Source of the DNA: Acidimicrobiia bacterium
Lineage (GTDB): Bacteria > Actinomycetota > Acidimicrobiia > Acidimicrobiales > VFJN01
Assembly: GCA_047459075.1 (NCBI GenBank)
Contig: VSCH01000016.1
Coordinates: forward strand, 1,017 to 65,016
Direction: 5' to 3'
Length of the DNA: 64,000 nucleotides
Under the pieces are notes generated by a model. The model was given only the letters and a program-made list of their open reading frames with translations. It made no database searches and was not told the origin of the DNA. A program made the position numbers and the translations under genes. The first letter of the stretch is position 1. Each line of letters begins with the position of its first letter. Of this stretch, positions 32,390-41,733 are shown in pieces.

Positions 32390-32420
32390 CTCCCCGGCGT
32401 GTCGCCGCCGCGCCGGGGAG
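32390..32420. terminator. Hairpin between convergent sugC-like and dus genes (possible bidirectional terminator)
   Basis: CTCCCCGGCG (32390-32399) pairs perfectly with CGCCGGGGAG (32411-32420) across an 11-nt loop. Confidence 0.5.
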
Positions 32421-32434
32421 CACCCGGCCCGCGG

Positions 32435-33688
32435 TCAGCCGCCGCTCGGGGCGTGCAGCTCGTCGGGGACGACCGGCGTGGGATCGTCGGCCCCGTCCAG
32501 CCACCCCTCCGGCAGCGCCACGTCGATGGGCCCCGAGGTCTTGCCCCGGGGCGTCGTGTCGGCGCCCGGCACGACGGTCAGGTCGGGGTGGGCGGCGGCG
32601 AGCCGCTCGAGCTCGCGGTCGAGCTCGGCGATGGTGGTCGTGGCGGTCAGGCGGCGCCGGACCTCGCCGCCGACGGGGTAGCCCTGCAGGTACCACCCGA
32701 CGTGCTTGCGGACGTCCCGCACGGCGACCGGCTCGGTCAGCCAGTCGGCCAGCAGGTGGGCGTGGCGGCGCAGCACGGCGACGACCTCGGCGAGGGTGGG
32801 GGCGGGGGGCACCGGGCGGCCGGCGAAGGCCAGCGCCAGGTCGCGGAACAGCCAGGGGCGGCCGAGGCAGCCCCGGCCCACGACCACGCCGTCGCACCCC
32901 GTCTCCGCCATCATCCGCAGGGCGTCGGTCGCGTGCCACACGTCGCCGTTGCCCAGCACCGGGACGTCGATGACCGCCGCCCGCAGCTCGGCGATCGCCG
33001 ACCAGTCGGCCCGGCCCGAGTAGTGCTGGCGGGCGGTGCGGGCGTGGAGGGCGATCGCCGCCGCGCCCTCGTCCCGGGCGATGCGGCCGGCGTCGAGGAA
33101 CGTGCGTAGGCGCTCGTCGACGCCGATGCGCATCTTGACCGTCACCGGCACCTCCCCGGCGGCCCGCACGGCGGCGGCCACGATGTCCCGGAACAGCGCC
33201 CGGCGGACGGGCAGGGCGGCGCCGCCGCCCTTGCGGGTCACCTTGGCGACCGGGCAGCCGAAGTTGAGGTCGACGTGGTCGGCGCCGGCCTCGGCGACGA
33301 GGTAGCGGACGGCCTCGCCGATGGCCCACGGCTCGGTGCCGTAGAGCTGGATCGACCGCACCGGCTCGTCGTCGGCGAAGCGGGCCATGCGCAGCGTCTT
33401 CTCGTTGCGCTCGACCAGGCCCCGGGCGGTCGTCATCTCGCTGACGAAGAGCCCGCCCGCGACCAGCTCCGGGCGGTCCCCGCCGGGGCCGCGGCCGGCG
33501 GCGCCCCCGACCCCGCCCGGCGGCGGGGCCTCGGCGACCGCCGCGGCGCCGAACTCGCGGCACAGGCGGCGGAAGGGCGCGTTGGTGATGCCGGCCATCG
33601 GTGCCAGCACGACCGGCGGCCAGACCGTCAGGGGCCCGATCCGCAGCGGGGCCGCGGCCGGCGTCGTCGGGGACGGCGTCGTCGTCAT
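32435..33688 (-). CDS. dus: tRNA-dihydrouridine synthase
   Basis: Inside ORF 32435..34984 (-). ATG 33688 gives MTTTPSP...VVLAPMAGITNAPFRRLC, DLNFGCPVAKV, VTVKMRIG, LHARTARQHYSG, GNGDV, VVVGRGCLGRPW. Confidence 0.85.
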   Translation of the reverse strand: MTTTPSPTTPAAAPLRIGPLTVWPPVVLAPMAGITNAPFRRLCREFGAAAVAEAPPPGGVGGAAGRGPGGDRPELVAGGLFVSEMTTARGLVERNEKTLRMARFADDEPVRSIQLYGTEPWAIGEAVRYLVAEAGADHVDLNFGCPVAKVTRKGGGAALPVRRALFRDIVAAAVRAAGEVPVTVKMRIGVDERLRTFLDAGRIARDEGAAAIALHARTARQHYSGRADWSAIAELRAAVIDVPVLGNGDVWHATDALRMMAETGCDGVVVGRGCLGRPWLFRDLALAFAGRPVPPAPTLAEVVAVLRRHAHLLADWLTEPVAVRDVRKHVGWYLQGYPVGGEVRRRLTATTTIAELDRELERLAAAHPDLTVVPGADTTPRGKTSGPIDVALPEGWLDGADDPTPVVPDELHAPSGG

Positions 33689-34317
33689 CGGGGAGCCCAC
33701 AGCGTCGTGACGTCGATGCCCACCTCGGCGAGCAGCCGGCGCAGCAGCGGCAGCGACAGGCCGAGCACCGTGCCGTGGTCGCCGTCGACGCCGTCGACGA
33801 ACGGCGCCGCGTAGCCGTCGAGCGTGAAGCCGCCGGCCACGTCCAGCGGCTCGCCGGTGGCCACGTAGGCCTCGATCTCCTCGTCGGTCGGGTCGCCGAA
33901 GCGCACGACGGTGGCGCTGGCGGCGACGGCCCGCCGGGCGGTGGGGACGTCGATCACCGCGTGGCCGGTCACGAGCGTCCCCGTGCGGCCCCGGTAGCCC
34001 CGCCACCAGCGGGCGGCCTCCTCGGGGCCCGCCGGCCGGCCCCGCAGCTCGCCGTCGACGTCGAGCACCGAGTCGCAGGCCACGACGACCGGGGGCGGCC
34101 CGTCCGCGGGTGCCCCGCCGGCGGCGAGGCGGTCGGCGACGGCGGTCGCCTTGCGCTCGGCCAGCACGCACGTCGCGGTGGCGGCGTCGAGGCCGGCCAC
34201 GCCGTCCTCGTCGACCCCGCTCACGACGACGCGGGGCGCGAACCCGGCGGCCTGGAGCAGGGCCCGCCGGGCCGGCGACCGCGAGGCGAGCACCAGCGTT
34301 CGTGCGACCACCCGCAC
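33685..34317 (-). CDS. maf: Maf-like nucleoside triphosphate pyrophosphatase
   Basis: [19 protein letters not shown]...VVACDSVLDVDG...GKP-like region, GGFTLDG. The stop overlaps the dus ATG (ATGA). Confidence 0.85.
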   Translation of the reverse strand: MRVVARTLVLASRSPARRALLQAAGFAPRVVVSGVDEDGVAGLDAATATCVLAERKATAVADRLAAGGAPADGPPPVVVACDSVLDVDGELRGRPAGPEEAARWWRGYRGRTGTLVTGHAVIDVPTARRAVAASATVVRFGDPTDEEIEAYVATGEPLDVAGGFTLDGYAAPFVDGVDGDHGTVLGLSLPLLRRLLAEVGIDVTTLWAPR

Positions 34318-34644
34318 AGGGTGCCACGGCGGCCGCCGACCACCACACGTGGCGGGGGGCCGCCGGCCCCGGCGGCCGGGTCAGGACCGGTCGGCCGGGA
34401 CGTCGCCGGACCGGCGGTCGCGGACGGCGACGGCGAACCGGGGGTGGACGTTGCCCAGCGTCACCACCGCCCCGACCACGCCGAGGACCGTCGCCGCGGT
34501 GCAGCGGCGCCGCAGGGCCGTCGTGGCGGCGTACGTGGCCGTGGTCCACGGCACGGTCAGGACCCGGGTCCCGGACGCTACCCGACGTGGCGGCTCGCCG
34601 CCGGAACGTCGGGAACCCCGGCGCCCACCGGGCGTACCCGCCGG

Positions 34645-34650
34645 TAGCCT
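34645..34650 (+). promoter_or_regulatory. Candidate -10 hexamer 7 nt upstream of ATG 34658 (leaderless arrangement)
   Basis: TAGCCT, then ggcgccg, then ATG. No SD. Confidence 0.3.
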
Positions 34651-34657
34651 GGCGCCG

Positions 34658-34831
34658 ATGGACGTGCCGCCCCCCGATCCCCGGAAGCTGCTGGAGCACT
34701 GGATGACCTGGGAGCGCGGCGAGGCCCCGCCCGGGCAGGTGATGGCCAAGCTCAAGACCGGCGGCCTGCGCGAGCTGCTCGAGGAGCTCGTGGCCAGATC
34801 GGCGCAGGCGAGCGCCGGCCAGGATGGCTGA
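34658..34831 (+). CDS. Small hypothetical protein (57 aa)
   Basis: MDVPPPDPRKLLEHWMTWERGEAPPGQVMAKLKTGGLRELLEELVARSAQASAGQDG. Third codon positions are almost all G/C, as in the real genes here. The stop overlaps the next gene's start (ATGGCTGA). No family recognised. Confidence 0.4.
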   Translation: MDVPPPDPRKLLEHWMTWERGEAPPGQVMAKLKTGGLRELLEELVARSAQASAGQDG

Positions 34832-35660
34832 CCGCCGGGCGGAGTGGCCCGACGCCGCGGCCCTGCGCCCCGGCGCGGCGACGCGCTGGGACGACTGGCC
34901 GGCCCCCGGCGAGCGCCCCGTGCCGCCGCCGGTGCCCGTGCCCCGGGGCCGGGGCGGCGACCAGCGCATCCCCCGACCCCGCAACGCCCGCGCCGGCGGC
35001 CCACCGCCGTGGGCCGGGCTGCCGCCCGAGCGGCGCCGGCCGACGGTCGAGGTCCTGCGGCGGGCGCTGGCCGCGCTGGGGCCCGCCCGCCCCTCGCCGG
35101 TCGAGTTCGCCGACGGGGACCGGCCCGCCCGCCGACCGTCCGCCGTGCTCGTGCCGCTCTACGACGGCGACGCCGGCGAGGGGGCGGTCGTCGTGCTCAC
35201 CCGGCGGACCTGGGACCTGCGGACCCACCAGGGCGAGGTCAGCTTCCCCGGCGGCCGGGTGGAGCCGGGCGAGGCGCCCGAGGCGGCGGCGCGCCGGGAG
35301 GCGCAGGAGGAGATCGGCCTCGACCCGGCGTCGGTCGAGCTCATCGGCGAGCTCGACCACCTCTCGACGGTGTCGAGCGACTCGTTCATCGTCCCGTTCG
35401 TCGGCGCCCTGCCCGGGCGGCCCGACACCGTGCCCAGCCCCGACGAGGTCGAGGCGGTGCTGCACGTGCCGCTGGCCGAACTGCTCGACCCGGCCGTCTA
35501 CCGCGAGGAGGTCTGGACGTTCCCCGACGGCTCGCCCCGGCCCATCTTCTTCTTCGAGCTCGTGGGCGACACGGTGTGGGGCGCCACCGCCGCGCTGCTG
35601 CGCCAGCTGCTCGGCATCGCCACCGGCACCCTCGGCCGGGGCAGCCTCCTGCACGACTGA
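34824..35660 (+). CDS. NUDIX hydrolase (CoA pyrophosphatase-like)
   Basis: Nudix box GGRVEPGEAPEAAARREAQEEIGL. SAVLVPL...VVVLTRR typical of the CoA-pyrophosphatase subgroup. The long Pro-rich N-terminus means the true start could be downstream. Confidence 0.75.
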   Translation: MADRRAEWPDAAALRPGAATRWDDWPAPGERPVPPPVPVPRGRGGDQRIPRPRNARAGGPPPWAGLPPERRRPTVEVLRRALAALGPARPSPVEFADGDRPARRPSAVLVPLYDGDAGEGAVVVLTRRTWDLRTHQGEVSFPGGRVEPGEAPEAAARREAQEEIGLDPASVELIGELDHLSTVSSDSFIVPFVGALPGRPDTVPSPDEVEAVLHVPLAELLDPAVYREEVWTFPDGSPRPIFFFELVGDTVWGATAALLRQLLGIATGTLGRGSLLHD

Positions 35661-35698
35661 CGCCCCCGCCGACCCGCCGCCGGCGGGCCGGCCCTGGC

Positions 35699-37282
<1,584 letters not shown>

Positions 37283-37324
37283 CTAGTGGCGGACGCCGCG
37301 CCGGCACCGCACCCCCGACACCCG

Positions 37325-38119
37325 TCACAGCGGCAGGCCGGCACCCCCGAACCGGGCCTGCAGCTCGTTCATGACGGCCGTCCACACGCCGGTGACCTGG
37401 AGCACCCCGATGGCGACCAGCACCGCCCCGCCGGCCACCGTCACCGACCGGCCGTGGCGCCGCACGACGGCCAGGGCCCGCATCGCCCGGTCGAAGGCGA
37501 GGCCGGTGGCCAGGAAGGGCACGCCGAGGCCCAGGCAGTAGGCGACCGAGAGGAGGGCGCCGCGGGCCGCCGAGGCCTGGTCGCTCGAGGCGGCCAGGCC
37601 GAGGACCGCGCCGAGGGTCGGCCCGATGCACGGCGTCCACCCGAGGGCGAAGGCGACGCCGAGCAGCGGGGCGCCGAGCAGGCCGGCCCGGGGCACGCGG
37701 TGGATGCGCACGTCGCGGTTGACGAGGGCGACCCGGCTGAAGGCGCCGGCCAGCACGAGGCCGAGCAGGATGGTCACCACGCCGAAGCCCCGGGTCAGCG
37801 CCTCCTCGTTCTGCCGCAGGGCCCGGCCGAGGGCGCCGAAGAGGGCGCCGAACGACACGAAGACGACCGCGACGCCGAGCACGAACCCGAGCGCGCCGAG
37901 GGCCACCCGCCCGGCCCGGGCGCGGCCGCCCTCGCCGAGGTCGCGCACCGAGGTGCCGGTCACGTACGACAGGTAGCCGGGGACGAGCGGCAGGACGCAC
38001 GGCGACAGGAACGACACGACCCCGGCCGCGGCCGCGATGGGCGCCGCCACCAGCAGCGACCCGTCCCGGACCTGGTCGGCGGCCTCGGCGGCGGCCGCGG
38101 CGAGCACCCCGGCGGTCAC
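37325..38119 (-). CDS. ccdA: Cytochrome c biogenesis thiol-reductant transporter CcdA
   Basis: Inside ORF 37325..38446 (-). GTG 38119 overlaps the upstream stop (GTGA). Two conserved Cys motifs, SFLSPCVLPLVPGY and GWTPCIGPTLG. 6 TM segments. Confidence 0.85.
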   Translation of the reverse strand: MTAGVLAAAAAEAADQVRDGSLLVAAPIAAAAGVVSFLSPCVLPLVPGYLSYVTGTSVRDLGEGGRARAGRVALGALGFVLGVAVVFVSFGALFGALGRALRQNEEALTRGFGVVTILLGLVLAGAFSRVALVNRDVRIHRVPRAGLLGAPLLGVAFALGWTPCIGPTLGAVLGLAASSDQASAARGALLSVAYCLGLGVPFLATGLAFDRAMRALAVVRRHGRSVTVAGGAVLVAIGVLQVTGVWTAVMNELQARFGGAGLPL

Positions 38120-38625
38120 GACGACCCGTCCCCCCGGGCCGCCGCCAGCGCCGCCGTCACCTCCTCGCCGGTGAGGTCCACGGCGCCGGGGAAGGTGGCG
38201 GTCACGGCGCCGTCGCGGTCGAGCACGACCGTCGTGGGGACGCCGAGGGCGCCGAAGGCCCGCTTGAACTCGTTGCGCCGGTCCCGCCACAACGTGGTGG
38301 TCAGGTCGTGCTCGTCCACCTTGGCCTCGACCGCGCCGCCCGCGTCCGAGGCGTCGAGGTTGACGGCCACGACCTCGACGCCGTCGGCCGCGGGGGACTC
38401 GGCGAACTCCTGCAGGCCGGCGAGGACCTCGTCGCACTCCGTGCACCAGGTCGCCCAGCTGACGAGCAGCGCCGGGCGCCCGGCCAGGTCGGCGACCGAC
38501 ACCTCCTCGCCGGTCACGAGGTCCACCGCCTCGTAGTCGACGCCGTCGCCGCCGGTGCCGCCGCCGCAGGCGGCGAGGGCGACGGCGGCCGCGAGCGCGA
38601 GCACGAGGGCGAGCCGGCGCCTCAT
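38116..38625 (-). CDS. TlpA/ResA-type thiol:disulfide oxidoreductase lipoprotein
   Basis: ATG 38625 overlaps the upstream stop (ATGA). MRRRLALVLALAAAVALAACGG (lipobox). Thioredoxin motif WATWCTECDEV. Cis-Pro region GVPTTVVLD. Confidence 0.8.
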   Translation of the reverse strand: MRRRLALVLALAAAVALAACGGGTGGDGVDYEAVDLVTGEEVSVADLAGRPALLVSWATWCTECDEVLAGLQEFAESPAADGVEVVAVNLDASDAGGAVEAKVDEHDLTTTLWRDRRNEFKRAFGALGVPTTVVLDRDGAVTATFPGAVDLTGEEVTAALAAARGDGSS

Positions 38626-39029
38626 GGCGTCACCACGATCTCGTAGGTCTTGTCGGCCGAGAGCGGGCACATGCCCTCGTAGCGGCCGGGCTTGCCGTAG
38701 CGCAGCTCGAACACCTCGCCCGCGCCGACGACGTAGGGGCCGACCGTCTGGACCATGATGTCGTCGTTGCGGATGCGCAACGTGTCGCCGACCTGGAACT
38801 CCAGCCGGGACGGCATGACGTCCACGGTCTCGCCGCGGCTCAGGCGCTCCTGGGTGCCGTAGGGCACGACGATCTCGTAGACGTCGCCTTCCCGCGCCGA
38901 GGCACCGTCGCCCGTGCCGCCGTCCTGACGGCCGCAGCCCGCCAGCCCCAGGGCCGCCACGAGCACGGTGGCGCCCACGGCGGTCAGCGGTCGCCGGTGG
39001 CGGTGATCAGGGGGCCTCGTCGCGGACAT
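38622..39029 (-). CDS. Small lipoprotein of unknown function (135 aa)
   Basis: MSATRPPDHRHRRPLTAVGATVLVAALGLAGCG (lipobox), then a roughly 100-aa beta-rich domain (YEIVVPYG...LEFQVGDTLRIRNDD...GRYEGMCPLSADKTYEIVVTP). The start overlaps the PCuAC 3' end by 23 nt, and the stop overlaps the tlpA ATG. Confidence 0.6.
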   Translation of the reverse strand: MSATRPPDHRHRRPLTAVGATVLVAALGLAGCGRQDGGTGDGASAREGDVYEIVVPYGTQERLSRGETVDVMPSRLEFQVGDTLRIRNDDIMVQTVGPYVVGAGEVFELRYGKPGRYEGMCPLSADKTYEIVVTP

Positions 39030-39618
39030 CGGCCGTCACCACCTGCTCGCCGCTCTCCTCGAACTCGAGGGTCAGCTCGACGCTCGAGCCGGCCTCGAGC
39101 GGGGCCGCCAGGTCCAGCAGCATGACGTGGAGGCCGCCGGGCTCGAGGACGACCTCGCCGCCGGCGGGGACGACGATCCGGTCGACCGGGCGCATCTCCA
39201 TCATCCCGCCGCCCGTGCCGCCGCCGTGCCCGGCATCGCCCTGCGCGCCGCCGTCGTCCATGCCACCGTCGTCCATGCCGCCGTCCTGCCCGCCGTCGCC
39301 GCCGTCCTCCACGGCGACGGTCTCGTGCAGCTCGGCCCGGGCCGCGACCGCGGTGTCGACCTCGACGCCGACCAGGGCGTCGTCGGCGTCGCCGTCGTTG
39401 GCGATGCGCAGGTAGACGGCGCCGGCGTCCGCGGTCCGCGGCGACGTCCGGGCCCAGGCGTCGGTCACCTCCAGCCGGGGCGCCACGTCGCCGGCGGCGT
39501 CGGTCGTGGCGTCGGCGTCGCCGCCCCCGTCACCGCACGCGCCGAGCAGCAGCGCCGAGGCGGCGAGCAGCGCGGCGGTGCGCGCGACGGGCCGGCGGGT
39601 GCGGGGGGTGGCTCTCAT
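39007..39618 (-). CDS. PCu(A)C-type periplasmic copper chaperone (DUF461) lipoprotein with an expanded Cu loop
   Basis: Inside ORF 39007..40998 (-). ATG 39618 overlaps the sco stop (ATGA). Lipobox LLLGACG. Signature M-X21-H-X-M seen exactly (EMRPV...21 residues...LHVML). The upstream His (AELHETV) is separated from the Met by an Asp/Gly/Met/His-rich insert. Confidence 0.8.
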   Translation of the reverse strand: MRATPRTRRPVARTAALLAASALLLGACGDGGGDADATTDAAGDVAPRLEVTDAWARTSPRTADAGAVYLRIANDGDADDALVGVEVDTAVAARAELHETVAVEDGGDGGQDGGMDDGGMDDGGAQGDAGHGGGTGGGMMEMRPVDRIVVPAGGEVVLEPGGLHVMLLDLAAPLEAGSSVELTLEFEESGEQVVTADVRDEAP

Positions 39619-40313
39619 GCGCGCTCCTCCAGCAGGGTCCGCAGGTCCGCGGCCATCGACTCGCTGTCGAGGCCGAAGGGCCACTCGACGACGACCGTGC
39701 CGGTGTCGTCGACGACGTAGGTGACGGCGGTGTGGGCGACCTCGTAGGCCTCGCCCGGCTCGTGCTCCTCGACCTCCCACTGCACGCCGAAGGCCTCGGT
39801 GGCGGCGGTGAGGGCCGCGGGGTCGGTCGTGCGCAGCGCCAGGTGCCGGGTGAAGAAGTGGTCGAGGTAGCCGGTCAGCACCTCGGCGGTGTCCCGCTCG
39901 GGGTCGACGGTGGCCATCGCCACCGTGACCCGGTCGGCCAGGTCGTCCGGCAGGTCGCCGAGCGCCACGGCGACGTCGTTCATGGTGGTGGGGCAGACGT
40001 CGGGGCAGCTCGTGTAGCCGAAGTAGACGACGTAGAGCTCGCCCGGCGGGGCCTGCATGGCCACCGGCTCGCCGGTCACCGCGTCGGGCAGCACGACGTC
40101 GGACACCTCCAGCGGCGGGGTGCGCACCGCGCCGGCGAGCGCCGGCTCGTCGCCCGCGGCCCCGCCGTCGCCCTCGTCGCCACCGCCGCCGGCGCACCCG
40201 GCGGCGACCGCCACCAGGGCGACGGCGCCGGCCGCCGCCGCACGCCGGAGTCTCCCAGGACGTCGCACGGCGGGAAGTGTCTCCCGGCCCGCGGCCCGCC
40301 GGGGCGGGTCCAT
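39615..40313 (-). CDS. SCO1/SenC-family copper-binding thioredoxin-like lipoprotein
   Basis: Lipobox VAVAAGCAG. CxxxC motif YFGYTSCPDVCPTT. Distal His in YEVAHTAVTYVV. Confidence 0.85.
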   Translation of the reverse strand: MDPPRRAAGRETLPAVRRPGRLRRAAAAGAVALVAVAAGCAGGGGDEGDGGAAGDEPALAGAVRTPPLEVSDVVLPDAVTGEPVAMQAPPGELYVVYFGYTSCPDVCPTTMNDVAVALGDLPDDLADRVTVAMATVDPERDTAEVLTGYLDHFFTRHLALRTTDPAALTAATEAFGVQWEVEEHEPGEAYEVAHTAVTYVVDDTGTVVVEWPFGLDSESMAADLRTLLEERA

Positions 40314-40396
40314 GGTCCCTTCGTCGCGGGGACCTTGGCACCATCCGCCCGCCTCGGGCGGGGGGCCAGGTCACCGGCTCACGACGGCGCGGCGGC

Positions 40397-41585
40397 TCAG
40401 CCCTCGACGGGCACCCACTCGAACGCGCCTTCCGGCAGGAGGACCCGGCCGTTGGCGACGACGACCGTGGCACCCGAGGTCCTCGTGACGCGCTCCTCCA
40501 GCAGCACCTCGCCGTCGGCCATCCGGAGGGCGGCGAAGACCCCGTCCGACACGGCGAAGCTGACGCCGCGGTAGTAGTAGACGACCCCGTCCGCGATGGT
40601 CGGCACCGCAGCGAGCGTTCCGACGCTGGCGGGGACGGTCCAGCGACGAGCGCCCGTCGCCACGTCGAGCGCGCCGTAGACGCAGGTGCTGAGGTTGATC
40701 CTCCCGTCGGTGACGTAGGCGACGGCGTCGTCGGCGACGGCGATCTGCATGCCGGCGCGGTCGCCCTCGGGGCACCAGTCGCGGTGCTCCCACAGCTGCT
40801 GCCCGGTGCCGGCGTCGACCGCCCGCAGGCGGACCTCGTCGGCGGGGATTCCGTCGACGCCGCCCTCCTGGACGAAGAACAGCCGGCTGCCGGCGACCAC
40901 CTGGAGGCGCCCCGGCACGTCCGGCAGGACCCGGACGAGGCCGCCGTCGTCGAGCCGGTGGACGGCGATCGTGCCGTCGGCCCGCTCGACGTACGCACGG
41001 CTCCTGTCGCCCCTGACCGTCACGTCGGGGTCGACGTCGAGCGACCACCGCTCGGTGCCGTCGAGGCCGAGCCGTGTCACGGTGCTGCCACCCGTGGTGC
41101 TCGCCACGACGACCAGGCCGTCGGCGGCCACGGACACCTGCCTGACCGAGCCGGGAGCCGGCCACTGCCAGACCGGGGCCCCGGTCGCGGCGTCGAGCGC
41201 GTGGAGGGTCGTGCCGCAATGGGCGAAGACGGAGCCCTCCGCGTACGCCCACAGCTGCCACCCCCCGAGCTGGTGACAGGGGACGGCCCACAACGTGGCA
41301 CCGTCGGACTCCCGCACGGCGAACAGGTGGGAGATCGAGCTGACGACGGACGGGGTGCCCTCCACGTACACCCGTCCGCCACCGGTGACCGGCGATCCGT
41401 CCGTGTCGAGGTTGTACGTCCAGACCGGTTGCAGCTCGGCCGGGCCGTCCGGGGTGACGCCCTCCTCGGTCGGGGTTGTACCCCGACCACCCGAAGTCGT
41501 GGTACCGCTGCGTCCAGTCGCACCCCGCCGCCGTGGCGAGCAGCACCACCGCCAGGACCGCCGAGCGGGCCCGTCCACGCATCAC
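40397..41585 (-). pseudogene. PQQ-like beta-propeller repeat lipoprotein, apparently interrupted by a 1-nt frameshift near codon 36
   Basis: The frame of ORF 40371..41585 gives (M)MRGRARSAVLAVVLLATAAGCDWTQRYHDFGWSGYNP (signal peptide plus lipobox), then Arg-rich nonsense. The frame of ORF 40397..41578 gives an Arg-rich nonsense N-terminus, then TEEGVTPDGPAELQPVWTYNL... with repeated ALDAATG..W propeller blades to stop 40397. The frames switch around 41468-41480. Confidence 0.6.
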
Positions 41586-41721
41586 CGGTCGCCCTCCCCC
41601 CTCGAGACGCCGCCAGCGGTGGGCGAGGCCAGCCGCTCGGGCATCCGCCCGCTCGGGCGACGATCGCGTCGGCGGGAGGGTCGGTGACGGGGCGGATGGG
41701 TCGATCGCGGGGTCGCGTCGC

Positions 41722-41727
41722 TAGCGT
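41722..41727 (+). promoter_or_regulatory. Candidate -10 hexamer 6 nt upstream of ATG 41734 (leaderless arrangement)
   Basis: TAGCGT, then cccggc, then ATG. No SD. Confidence 0.35.
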
Positions 41728-41733
41728 CCCGGC

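Noticed and set aside
34381-34554. A 57-aa minus-strand ORF (GTG 34554; VPWTTATYAATTALRRRCTAATVLGVVGAVVTLGNVHPRF...) with one hydrophobic segment, lying between maf and the NUDIX locus.
   Set aside because: GC3 is high and one TM-like helix is present, but there is no SD, no -10 hexamer and no recognisable family. Any frame here has high GC3. The evidence is too weak to call it a feature.
41468-41480. A programmed +1 ribosomal frameshift at CCC-G in the propeller lipoprotein gene.
   Set aside because: A +1 slip of tRNA-Pro from CCC to CCG would restore the protein. However, there is no slow or stop codon in the A site. The SD-like GAGGAGG lies downstream rather than upstream, unlike the prfB paradigm. 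An indel or pseudogene is the simpler explanation.
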